Source of the DNA: Candidatus Omnitrophota bacterium
GTDB taxonomy: Bacteria; Omnitrophota; Gorgyraeia; Duberdicusellales; 4484-171
Assembly (NCBI GenBank): GCA_003565945.1
Contig: PXAH01000021.1
Location: 1 to 48,346 of the forward strand
Direction of reading: 5' to 3'
Length of the DNA stretch: 48,346 nt
Every line of letters starts with the position of its first letter. Positions within the stretch are counted from its first letter, which is position 1. Below, one piece after another: positions 18,638 through 27,125 of the stretch. The notes below the pieces were generated by a model that made no database searches, was not told the origin of the DNA, and worked only from the letters and a program-made list of their open reading frames with translations. Made by a program: the position numbers and the translations under genes.

Positions 18638-19765
18638 ATGGAAAAGAAGCTTAGAGTTGATATCTTTCATATATCCGAATTTGGCGGCCACAGTCAAGCT
18701 GCCCATAACATTAAGGAGGCTATTTTGGCTAAGCAAGATAGCGCTGAAGCTGTAAACCTGAATAGTTTTCAGTATTTTTATCCCCGTACGGAAAAAGTCG
18801 TTAATTTTATTTATACATTAGTTATCAAAAAAATTCCTTCCTTGTGGGGAAAAGCTTATAATCGTAAAACATTGATAAAGTATCTTATGCCTTGGCGCCA
18901 GGTTGTAAGCCTTATTTCTTTTCCTCGCCTGCATAAATACATAAAAACAAAAAAACCTGACTGCTTTGTAACCACTCAAGCTTTTCCGTGTGGATTAATC
19001 GCTGACTATAAAAAGATTTATAAAAGTAAAATTCCTCTGGTAGCGGCGATAACCGATTTCTATCCGCATCGTTTTTGGATACATCCTTTTATTGATAAAT
19101 ATTTGGTAGCTTCAGGCGAAGCAAAGCAAGCTCTTATTGATGAAGGGGTAGAGGCGGAAAAAATATTCGTAACCGGAATTCCTATATCAATAAAATTCGC
19201 CAAAAGCCATCCAAGGGAAGCAGTAGCTGATCAGTTTGGTTTTTCAAGGCGGTTGAAGGCAGTTTTGGTTATGGGGGGAGGCCTAGGTATCGGCCCGATA
19301 GAGCAAAGCGTATTTAGCCTTGATAAAATAGAGCATGAGTTTCAGATAATTGTAGTTTGCGGTAGAAATAAATTTCTCTACAAAAAACTAAAAAAGAAAA
19401 AAGGAAAAATTAAAAAGCCGTTATTTGTTTTTAAATATACAGATAGCATTGATAAAATTATGGATTTTGCCGATATTATTATTACCAAGGCCGGAGGGAT
19501 AACTATTTCTGAAAGCCTAGCTAAGAGCATGGCAATAATAGTTACCAGCCCGATACCCGGGCAGGAAGAATTTAATGTTGATTTTCTTATACGGAAAAAT
19601 GCAATTTTAAAGGCAAATACCCCATTAGAAATCCAAAAGAGTGTGGCTAGCTTATTTGAAGATAAGGAAAAATTAGAATTTTTAAAAAGAAAAGCTTGGG
19701 AAAATTCTTTTGGTGATTCCTCAATAAAAATAGCTGATTTAGTTTTTCAACTAACTCAAAAATAA
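18638..19765 (+). CDS. MGDG-synthase/MurG-like glycosyltransferase (GT28 family)
   Basis: 375 aa. N-terminal diacylglycerol glycosyltransferase-like region and a C-terminal GT28 fold (LVMGGGLGIG...ADIIITKAGG.TISE). Confidence 0.75.
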   Translation: MEKKLRVDIFHISEFGGHSQAAHNIKEAILAKQDSAEAVNLNSFQYFYPRTEKVVNFIYTLVIKKIPSLWGKAYNRKTLIKYLMPWRQVVSLISFPRLHKYIKTKKPDCFVTTQAFPCGLIADYKKIYKSKIPLVAAITDFYPHRFWIHPFIDKYLVASGEAKQALIDEGVEAEKIFVTGIPISIKFAKSHPREAVADQFGFSRRLKAVLVMGGGLGIGPIEQSVFSLDKIEHEFQIIVVCGRNKFLYKKLKKKKGKIKKPLFVFKYTDSIDKIMDFADIIITKAGGITISESLAKSMAIIVTSPIPGQEEFNVDFLIRKNAILKANTPLEIQKSVASLFEDKEKLEFLKRKAWENSFGDSSIKIADLVFQLTQK

Positions 19766-20610
19766 TGTATTATTTATTTCTTTTAGGAAAGGCTATTGCT
19801 TTAAGTTTACCTCGGGTGGTTTCTTATTGGTTGGCCAAGAAGCTGGCTTTAATCCACTTTTTGCTTTCAAGAAAAGACAGGGAGGCTGTCTTTTATAATC
19901 TTAAACCGCTAGTTAAGGATGAAAAAGAAAGAAAGAGAGTGGCCAGGAAAGTTTTTATTAATTTTTCCTACTATTTAGTTGATTTTTTTCGCTATTCAAG
20001 AATAAACTCAAAGTTTATTAAAAAATATGTTCGGTTTGAAAATTTAGAAATAGTTGATCGAATGCTTGCCGGCAATAGAGGGGCGGTGTTGGCTACCGCT
20101 CATCTGGGCAATTACGAGTTAGGGGGAGCGGTTGTGTCTCTTTTGGGCTATCCGCTGCATGTTGTCGCTTTACCTCACCTCGATTCGCGAACTAACCGTT
20201 TTTTTAATGAACAAAGGCAAAGGGTGGGAATGAAAGTTATTCCTACCGGCCTGGCGGTAAAAGAAACTATAAATATTTTGAGACAAGGAAGGCTTTTAGC
20301 TTTATTGGGAGATAGGGATTTTTCTACATCAGGCAAAAAGCAAGAGCTCTTCTCCCGGTATGCGTACATTCCGAGAGGAATGGCTTTTTTGGCAAAAAAA
20401 GGCGGCGCGGCGATAATTCCGGCTTTTTTTGTCCGCGAAAATAAGTATTATTACCGGCTTATTTTTGAGAAAGAAATAAAGGTAGGGACGGATGGCCGCA
20501 AGGATGAGGGCCTGCAAGATAAATTGATTGAAAAATACGCGCTTATTTTAGGAAGATATTTAAAGAAATATCCTGAGCAGTGGTACTTATTTCAAAAGTA
20601 CTGGAGATAA
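19765..20610 (+). CDS. LpxL/HtrB-family (lipid A biosynthesis-type) lysophospholipid acyltransferase
   Basis: 281 aa. HLGNYE (HX4E/D acyltransferase motif) and an LGDRD second block. Its ATG begins at the last base of the preceding stop codon. Confidence 0.75.
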   Translation: MYYLFLLGKAIALSLPRVVSYWLAKKLALIHFLLSRKDREAVFYNLKPLVKDEKERKRVARKVFINFSYYLVDFFRYSRINSKFIKKYVRFENLEIVDRMLAGNRGAVLATAHLGNYELGGAVVSLLGYPLHVVALPHLDSRTNRFFNEQRQRVGMKVIPTGLAVKETINILRQGRLLALLGDRDFSTSGKKQELFSRYAYIPRGMAFLAKKGGAAIIPAFFVRENKYYYRLIFEKEIKVGTDGRKDEGLQDKLIEKYALILGRYLKKYPEQWYLFQKYWR

Positions 20611-20621
20611 AAGTATTAATC

Positions 20622-21290
20622 ATGAATGCCTGGGTAATGATTCCCGCTTACAATGAAGCTGATGGGTTAGGAAATCTTCTTTCTCAGATAAAAAAAAGAG
20701 GGTTTTCTGTCTTGGTTGTAGATGATGGCTCTAAAGACGTGACCTACCAAATAGCAAAGCAATACGCCGATATTGTTTTAAGAAACGAAAGAAATTTTGG
20801 TAAGGGTTTTTCTTTAAGAAAAGGCATAGAATACTTAACGGCCAACCAACAATTTGATTGTCTTATTACAATGGACGCCGACCGGCAGCATAGCCCGAAT
20901 GATTTAGATGAGTTTATCCGAGAGGCTGCTTCCGGCAGTTTTTTTGTTATTGGCAACAGGATGGATGTCCCCGGAAATATGCCCGCGATAAGGATTATCA
21001 CTAATAAATTTATGTCTTGGCTAATTTCAAAAGTTGCTGGACAGAAAATTACTGATTCTCAGTGCGGTTTCCGCTTAATTAAAAGAGAGGTTCTTGAGAA
21101 GTTAACTACAAAAACAAAAAAATTTGAAATTGAATCAGAAATGTTAATAAATGTCTCTAGGATGGGATACAAGATAAAGAGTATACCCATAGAAAGTATT
21201 TACAATAAAAATCTTTCGAGTAAAATAAGGCCGTTTTCTGATACTCTCCGTTTTTTTAAATTTATTTTAAAAATTAAAAATGAACAATGA
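20622..21290 (+). CDS. family 2 glycosyltransferase (polyprenyl-phosphate sugar transferase-like)
   Basis: MNAWVMIPAYNEA...VVDDGS.D.T....DAD.QH.. is the GT2 signature. I prefer the ATG at 20622 to the track start at 20580. Confidence 0.8.
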   Translation: MNAWVMIPAYNEADGLGNLLSQIKKRGFSVLVVDDGSKDVTYQIAKQYADIVLRNERNFGKGFSLRKGIEYLTANQQFDCLITMDADRQHSPNDLDEFIREAASGSFFVIGNRMDVPGNMPAIRIITNKFMSWLISKVAGQKITDSQCGFRLIKREVLEKLTTKTKKFEIESEMLINVSRMGYKIKSIPIESIYNKNLSSKIRPFSDTLRFFKFILKIKNEQ

Positions 21291-21930
21291 ATGTTTTGAA
21301 GCCGCGCGAAAAGAGATGGTTGCAATCCAGTTAGCTGGGCGTGGTGTCAAAGATAAAAAGGTTTTAGTCGCTTTCAGGAAGGTTCCCAGGGAATTTTTTC
21401 TGCCGGAAGGCTTAATGAGGCTTGCTTATCAAGACAGGCCCATTTCTATCGGACAGGGACAGACAATTTCTCAGCCCTATATTGTTGCCTTGATGACTGA
21501 GCTGCTTGGTGTTGAAGCTGGCGATAAAGTTTTAGAGATAGGTACCGGCTCAGGCTATCAATCAGCAATACTGCTTAGTTTAGGGGTTGAGCTGTTTACT
21601 GTTGAAAGGCATTTATCTTTAGTCGAAAAAGCAAGGGAGAGTGTTAGTCGCTTGGGTTATGATTTAAGAGTCAAGGTTTCTGATGGCACTTTAGGTTGGG
21701 GTGAGTTTTCACCTTATGATAAAATAATTATTACCGCGGCTTCTCCTGCGGTTCCCGAATCAATTAAGAAGCAGGTAAAAACCGGCGGCAGAATAGTCGC
21801 GCCTCTGGGCCCACGCGATAATCAACAGCTGACAGTTATCGACAAGCTGGGTAAAAATGAATTTAAATCTCGTGTGGTTTGCGGTTGTGTTTTTGTGCCT
21901 TTAATTGGAAAGGAAGGTTGGGATGGTTGA
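21280..21930 (+). CDS. pcm: protein-L-isoaspartate O-methyltransferase
   Basis: 216 aa. QTISQPYIVA, VLEIGTGSGYQ (SAM motif I) and a GG.IV.P.G tail. Confidence 0.9.
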   Translation: MNNECFEAARKEMVAIQLAGRGVKDKKVLVAFRKVPREFFLPEGLMRLAYQDRPISIGQGQTISQPYIVALMTELLGVEAGDKVLEIGTGSGYQSAILLSLGVELFTVERHLSLVEKARESVSRLGYDLRVKVSDGTLGWGEFSPYDKIIITAASPAVPESIKKQVKTGGRIVAPLGPRDNQQLTVIDKLGKNEFKSRVVCGCVFVPLIGKEGWDG

Positions 21931-22828
21931 TAATTTGGTTTTATTTTTAAAAGGTTGCTTTATGGGATTTTGTGATTTAATTCCGGGCATATCTGGAGGC
22001 ACAATCGCTTTTATAACCGGTATTTATCCTCGCCTGATAAAATCGGTAAAAAATATATCTCCTTATTTAATTGTACTTATGGTTAAAAGATTATTTAATC
22101 CTACTGATAAAAATCGCGCCCGGTTAAAGTCAGGATTAAAGGCAATAGATATAAAGTTTATTTTTATTTTGTTTTTAGGTGTGGGGTTTGCGATTATTTT
22201 ATTTTCAAGATTTATCAATTTTCTATTAGATAATTATTTTGTTTATACTATTTCATTTTTCATTGGCTTGATTCTTGCTTCTTCTAAACTGATATTTAAT
22301 TGTCTAGATAGGCATAGTTTTTTTGATATACTTTTTGGGTTTTTTGGATTAATCGGGGGAGGGTTGTTTGTTGTTGTGGATCCTTTTAGCATTGACCCGG
22401 GTTATTTATATTTATTTTTTGGTGGATTTTGCGCGATAAACGCGATGTTTTTACCCGGAATTTCCGGCGCGTTTATCTTATTGACAATGGGTCTTTATCA
22501 GTTCATGATTAGAGTTTTAGCGAATCTGGGCAACTACTTAACTCATTTTTTAGTTTTTGCGGCAGGAGCTTTGCTGGGAGCCTTTACTATATCGAGGGTA
22601 GTATCGTTTTTCCTAAATAAGCAAAAGAATAAAACTTTCTATTTTTTGTTGGGCCTGGTGGTTGGTTCTTTGGGGGTTTCGGTAAGGAATATTATTGAAT
22701 CGATGCCCGAAATTAATTTTTTGAATATTTTAGCGGTCATTAGTTTTGTTTTTTCCGGTAGTTTGGTTTTTATTCTTCTTGGTTTAGCTAAAAAAATATA
22801 TAATTCTAAATCTATTGGAATAAAGTAA
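21923..22828 (+). CDS. DUF368 family membrane protein (the family is reported to act as a polyprenyl-phosphate translocase)
   Basis: The duplicated motif PGISGGTIAF / PGISGAFILL is characteristic of DUF368, with about 8 TM segments. Preferred ATG at 21923, after an AAGGAAGG SD. Confidence 0.8.
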   Translation: MVDNLVLFLKGCFMGFCDLIPGISGGTIAFITGIYPRLIKSVKNISPYLIVLMVKRLFNPTDKNRARLKSGLKAIDIKFIFILFLGVGFAIILFSRFINFLLDNYFVYTISFFIGLILASSKLIFNCLDRHSFFDILFGFFGLIGGGLFVVVDPFSIDPGYLYLFFGGFCAINAMFLPGISGAFILLTMGLYQFMIRVLANLGNYLTHFLVFAAGALLGAFTISRVVSFFLNKQKNKTFYFLLGLVVGSLGVSVRNIIESMPEINFLNILAVISFVFSGSLVFILLGLAKKIYNSKSIGIK

Positions 22829-22882
22829 GATAATTTTGTTGACTTTCTTGAAACAGAAAAAACAAAGATAAGCTTAAAATAG

Positions 22883-24220
<1,338 letters not shown>

Positions 24221-24325
24221 CCATAAAAAAGAGGGGGTTTTTTAGTTCTTTGAAAGCGTTTCCAAGATAAAAAGAATAATGCTTTTATCCTTTCAAAAAT
24301 TATGGTATGTTTAATGTGACAGATT

Positions 24326-24670
24326 ATGGCAAAAGAAAGAAGAAAATCATTTCGCTTGAAGGACGCGCTAACGGTTTTTAGGTGCTCGCCTAAGTATCTC
24401 CTGGAAACTGGCGCTTTAACTCAAGATATCTCCCAGGACGGTATATGCTTGTTTACCAAATTTAAAATGGAAATCGGAGAGGTTTTGAGGCTGGGTATTT
24501 ATGTTCCCGAAGAAAAAACACCGATAATGGCTGAAGGCAGGGTTTTACGCAGGAATGAAACTGAAAACCCTGATTTTCCTTATATGGTCGCTTTAGAATT
24601 TGTTAATATAGATGAATCAGACCGCCAGAGGATAATCAAGCATATCCGCTTCTTCCTTCTCAAAAACTAA
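24326..24670 (+). CDS. PilZ domain protein (c-di-GMP receptor type)
   Basis: 114 aa. RRKSFR (RxxxR) and DISQDGI (D/NxSxxG) motifs. Confidence 0.75.
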   Translation: MAKERRKSFRLKDALTVFRCSPKYLLETGALTQDISQDGICLFTKFKMEIGEVLRLGIYVPEEKTPIMAEGRVLRRNETENPDFPYMVALEFVNIDESDRQRIIKHIRFFLLKN

Positions 24671-24904
24671 ACCTATCGTATGCTAATTTTGGGAATTAAT
24701 CTCACCGATTAAAATTGATTTTTTCAAAAAAAACTAATTTTTCAAACTCTGCATTATAACTTACTAGAGAGCAAAGGTTTACAAACGTCTTTTTTTCCGA
24801 TCCCGGATCGGAAATTTCTATCCTTGTCCTAAAGCCTTCTTTCTTTAGAACCTGCATATTTTCTTTGAATCCGAGCTTAATTCCATTCCATTTTCAGGTT
24901 GCAG

Positions 24905-24929
24905 TAGGACGTCTATTATAGGACGTCTA
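24905..24929. repeat. 25-bp module TAGGACGTCTA-TTA-TAGGACGTCTA (copy 1)
   Basis: Two identical 11-mers 14 bp apart, each centred on the palindrome GACGTC. The reverse complement reads TAGACGTCC-TATAAT-AGACGTCCTA. Confidence 0.95.
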
Positions 24930-24933
24930 TTTT

Positions 24934-24975
24934 GAATATTGAAGATAGAAGATGGAGGATAGAATTAGGAGGTAT
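24934..24975. repeat. purine-rich heptamer run between the two 25-bp modules
   Basis: Six contiguous 7-mers: GAATATT GAAGATA GAAGATG GAGGATA GAATTAG GAGGTAT. Confidence 0.7.
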
Positions 24976-24991
24976 TATTAATTCAGCACCG

Positions 24992-25016
24992 TAGGGTGTC
25001 TATTATAGGACGTCTA
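24992..25016. repeat. 25-bp module TAGGGTGTCTA-TTA-TAGGACGTCTA (copy 2)
   Basis: 23/25 identical to 24905-24929 and in the same orientation, 87 bp downstream. Confidence 0.95.
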
Positions 25017-25061
25017 CTTTAGGTGGTGTTGCAAGTTCTTTCTATACAGTTTATTTTTTTT

Positions 25062-25070
25062 TGTTATAAT
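25062..25070 (+). promoter_or_regulatory. extended -10 element TGtTATAAT, 6 nt before the arfB-like ATG
   Basis: TG at 25062-25063 and TATAAT at 25065-25070, with the ATG at 25077. No SD lies in between. Confidence 0.5.
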
Positions 25071-25076
25071 TTAGTA

Positions 25077-25496
25077 ATGTCGCCGATAAGCAAGGTAAAA
25101 AAAGAGAATTTAAAGAAAAAGATGTTAAGCCTGGATGTCAATGAGGCGGATATTCAGGAAAAATTCATTAAGGGTTCGGGAGCCGGCGGGCAAAAAATAA
25201 ACAAGACATCATCCTGTGTTTACCTAAAACATATTCCTTCCGGGATTGAGGTTAAATGTCAAAAAAGCAGGTCTTTAGAGGAAAATAGGTTTTTGGCGCG
25301 AAGAATTCTAGTTTCCAAAATAGAGGCTAAAGTTCTTAAACGAAAATCGGAAAAAGCTAAGCAGATAGATAAACTACGAAAGCAGAAGAAAAAGCGGTCA
25401 AAGCGGGCCAAAGAAAAGATTTTAGAATTTAAGAAAAAGCGAAGCCAGATAAAGAAGCTTCGCTCCGAGAAGATAGATCCGGATTCACCTGCGTAA
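25077..25496 (+). CDS. arfB: ArfB/ICT1-like peptidyl-tRNA hydrolase (RF-1 domain with GGQ and a basic tail)
   Basis: 139 aa from the ATG at 25077. [14 protein letters not shown] (GGQ) is followed by a Lys/Arg-rich C-terminal tail. The track start at 25023 runs through the promoter-like sequence. Confidence 0.78.
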   Translation: MSPISKVKKENLKKKMLSLDVNEADIQEKFIKGSGAGGQKINKTSSCVYLKHIPSGIEVKCQKSRSLEENRFLARRILVSKIEAKVLKRKSEKAKQIDKLRKQKKKRSKRAKEKILEFKKKRSQIKKLRSEKIDPDSPA

Positions 25497-25606
25497 CTCA
25501 GATGACGCGCTGACTATCTTTACAAAATAATCAGCTGAATGCATAAACGGGGAAAAATATGTAACCGATAGACGCATAGAGGAAATAATGACGGGGGTGT
25601 TTTATT

Positions 25607-26146
25607 ATGGATTTTTGGGAGGTTCTTAAGGAGAGAAAAAGCGTCAGGGAATACAGCGAGGAAAAGATTAAAAATGAAGATTTAGAAAAGATTATTGACG
25701 CTGCGCGCCTTGCGCCCACGGCTAGAAAAGTAGAGCCTTGGGAGTTTATTGTGATTACCAGTAAAAAGTCTTTAGGAGAATTAGGTGAGATCACCGATCA
25801 CGGAAAGTTTTTAGCGGCGGCAGCTGCCGGAATCGTGGTGGTATCAAAGGACACTAAATATTATTTGGAAGATTGCTCTGCCGCTACCGAAAATATTTTA
25901 TTAGCCGCGACAGCTTTGGGAATTGGAGCCTGCTGGATAGCCGGAGATAAAAAAGATTACGCGGGGGCAATTTGTGAATGTTTAGGGGTTCCTCAAGATT
26001 ATAAGTTAGTGAGTATAGTCTCTTTGGGATACCCTAAAAGCAAAACAGAGTTTAGTAAAAAGAGGCCTTTGGAAAGCGTATTACATTGGGAGAGATGTAG
26101 CGCTTGCAACCAATCGTTTCGAAGCAAGAGGGACGATGGAAGATAG
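25607..26146 (+). CDS. nitroreductase family protein
   Basis: 179 aa. R.SVREY....I....L..II.AARLAP.A....PWEFIVI is the typical nitroreductase N-terminus, plus an ...AA.ALG.GA.W block. Confidence 0.85.
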   Translation: MDFWEVLKERKSVREYSEEKIKNEDLEKIIDAARLAPTARKVEPWEFIVITSKKSLGELGEITDHGKFLAAAAAGIVVVSKDTKYYLEDCSAATENILLAATALGIGACWIAGDKKDYAGAICECLGVPQDYKLVSIVSLGYPKSKTEFSKKRPLESVLHWERCSACNQSFRSKRDDGR

Positions 26147-26218
26147 GACGAGAAATGAAATCATCCCTCGTCTTAGCGAACAGGCTTAGGGTTTGTCTTG
26201 AGTAGTCGTAAGGACGAA

Positions 26219-26274
26219 GCGGTCATCCATCATCCATCGGAACAGGGTTAAAACCTAAAGCAAGGAGGTAGTAA
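26219..26274 (+). promoter_or_regulatory. conserved leader element, copy A (31-nt block plus GGAGGTAGTAA RBS block) upstream of the HIT gene
   Basis: GCGGTCATCCATCATCCATCGGAACAGGGTT (26219-26249) is 29/31 identical to 38636-38666. GGAGGTAGTAA (26264-26274) parallels GGGGGTAGTAA (38670-38680). Confidence 0.8.
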
Positions 26275-26275
26275 G

Positions 26276-26662
26276 GTGACTTTATTTAGCAAAATCATTA
26301 AGGGGGATATTCCTGCCCATAAAATATTAGAAAATGAGCGTTTTTTGGCTTTTTTAGATATTCGCCCTATAGCGCCGGGACACACTCTGGTTATCCCTAA
26401 AAAAGAAGTTGATTATATTTTTGATTTAGAAGATGAGTTTCTTTCAGAAATTTTACTTTTTGCTAAAAAAACTGCTAAGTTAATTGAAAATGCTGTTAGT
26501 TGTAAGCGGGTTGGAATAATGGTGGCTGGATTAGAAGTTCCGCATGCCCATATTCATCTTGTGCCAATTAATTCTTTAAGTGATTTAAGTTTTGCCAACG
26601 CCAAGCCTGCTGAAGATAAAGATTTGGCGGAAATGGCCCTGAAGATACGAGGTGATAGTTAA
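26276..26662 (+). CDS. HIT (histidine triad) family nucleotide hydrolase
   Basis: 128 aa. FLDI.P...GH.LVIPK and the triad HAHIHLVP. GTG start after GGAGG. Confidence 0.9.
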   Translation: MTLFSKIIKGDIPAHKILENERFLAFLDIRPIAPGHTLVIPKKEVDYIFDLEDEFLSEILLFAKKTAKLIENAVSCKRVGIMVAGLEVPHAHIHLVPINSLSDLSFANAKPAEDKDLAEMALKIRGDS

Positions 26663-26663
26663 A

Positions 26664-27032
26664 ATGAGCGGTAAAGCAAGAAACAACATTAATTGCCAAG
26701 GGTGCCCCGCTATTTGCTGTAAGAATCTGGCGATGGAAATAGGCAGGCCCGAAAACAAAAAAGAAGTAGAGGACCTTAAATGGCAGCTTCAGTTTGATAC
26801 AGTCAGGGTTTATATCCGAAAAAATAAATGGCATCAATTAGTTGAAGGACGATGTATGCATTTATCTGATGATAATTTTTGCCTGATTTATAAAGACAGG
26901 CCGAAAATATGCCGTCGGCATAATCCTCCCAATTGTGAACGATACGGGGATTATTATGATATTATGCTTAATGACCCGGTAGATTTAGAAAGGTATTTAT
27001 CCGGCCGGAAAAAAGGAATAAGGAAGAGCTAA
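26664..27032 (+). CDS. YkgJ-family cysteine-cluster (putative Zn/Fe-binding) protein
   Basis: CQGCPAICC at the N-terminus and C.IYKDRPKICRRH at the C-terminus, as in UPF0153/YkgJ. I prefer the ATG at 26664, which follows GGTGA. Confidence 0.65.
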   Translation: MSGKARNNINCQGCPAICCKNLAMEIGRPENKKEVEDLKWQLQFDTVRVYIRKNKWHQLVEGRCMHLSDDNFCLIYKDRPKICRRHNPPNCERYGDYYDIMLNDPVDLERYLSGRKKGIRKS

Positions 27033-27039
27033 AATCTGC

Positions 27040-27067
27040 TTGACAGAAGTACTGCTTATGCTATAAA
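27040..27067 (+). promoter_or_regulatory. sigma70-like promoter TTGACA-N16-TATAAA upstream of carB
   Basis: TTGACA at 27040-27045 and TATAAA at 27062-27067. carB has a normal AAGGAGAG SD about 50 nt further on. Confidence 0.55.
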
Positions 27068-27125
27068 AGTTGCAAGAATTTCCTTTCAAATGTTTTCATC
27101 CGCACAAAAAAAAGGAGAGTAAAAA

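Noticed and set aside
24794-24814. The perfect palindrome TTTCCGATC-CCG-GATCGGAAA, considered as a rho-independent terminator for the PilZ gene.
   Set aside because: On the + strand the T-run precedes the stem rather than following it. On the minus strand the stem is followed by an A-run. Neither orientation gives a canonical terminator.
26130-26275. Assigning the HIT/macro leader to a known riboswitch class, given ACGR-containing segments such as GGACGAG and GGACGAA that recall guanidine-type motifs.
   Set aside because: I could not fit either copy to the hairpin or pseudoknot architecture of mini-ykkC, ykkC-III, preQ1, fluoride or NAD classes from memory. The ACGR strings lie outside the shared 31-nt block and occur only in copy A.
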